Shown: positions 63,735 through 64,000 of the stretch, one piece after another
Layout of the letters: each line of letters opens with the position of its first letter
Position numbering within the stretch: the first letter of the stretch is position 1
DNA from: Nemertoderma westbladi
Taxonomy: Eukaryota > Animalia > Xenacoelomorpha
NCBI GenBank assembly: GCA_032718475.1
Contig: JAUCBJ010004629.1
Location: forward strand, 31,720 to 95,719
DNA: 64,000 nucleotides
Reading direction: 5' to 3'
Translations under genes and position numbers: made by a program
Notes under the pieces: generated by a model
What the model saw: only the letters and a program-made list of their open reading frames with translations
What the model was told of the DNA's origin: nothing
The model's database searches: none

Positions 63735-64000
63735 GTAAGTTTCGTGATTTAATTGAATTTAGATTTACTAGATAGATATGAATGAAATATTGATCTGCCT
63801 ATATAAAATATAGAGCAAACACGCACAGCCACAGCAATGAGAAAAGGAAGTCAGAAGAAATACAAAACACACCACATTTAATAGATCACATGAGAACTGT
63901 TATTGAGAATGTTGAGAACGTATTACTTAACAAATATAACCTACCAAATAATAGACCAATATATTGCATACATGATGTCAACCAATCATCATCAACCAAT

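Overview
AT-rich animal (probably invertebrate) genomic DNA with spliced genes and many transposon remnants. I found no prokaryotic features and no CRISPR array. (1) 1.8-16.2 kb is a tandem segmental duplication. Each copy carries an intronless SLC35D-family nucleotide-sugar transporter CDS, a decayed CRE-clade non-LTR element and RTE-group LINE fragments. In copy 1, a 58-bp SINE fragment stands in place of about 1.86 kb of upstream sequence and supplies an in-frame ATG. (2) A complete 9-exon GABA-A receptor beta/LCCH3-like subunit gene lies on the minus strand (41147->16558, 536 aa, reconstructed by hand). (3) A GABA-A alpha/GRD(CG8916)-like subunit gene lies on the plus strand (from 41686, 6 exons visible, continuing past the window end). 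The two start codons are head-to-head and separated by 538 bp, which suggests a compact bidirectional promoter for a beta/alpha pair. The introns hold RTE-like LINEs, tRNA-derived SINEs, a BEL/Pao LTR remnant, piggyBac-, Kolobok-, MULE- and Tc1/mariner-type elements, and a 22-bp minisatellite. All gene models and family calls come from manual reading and motif recognition, not database searches.
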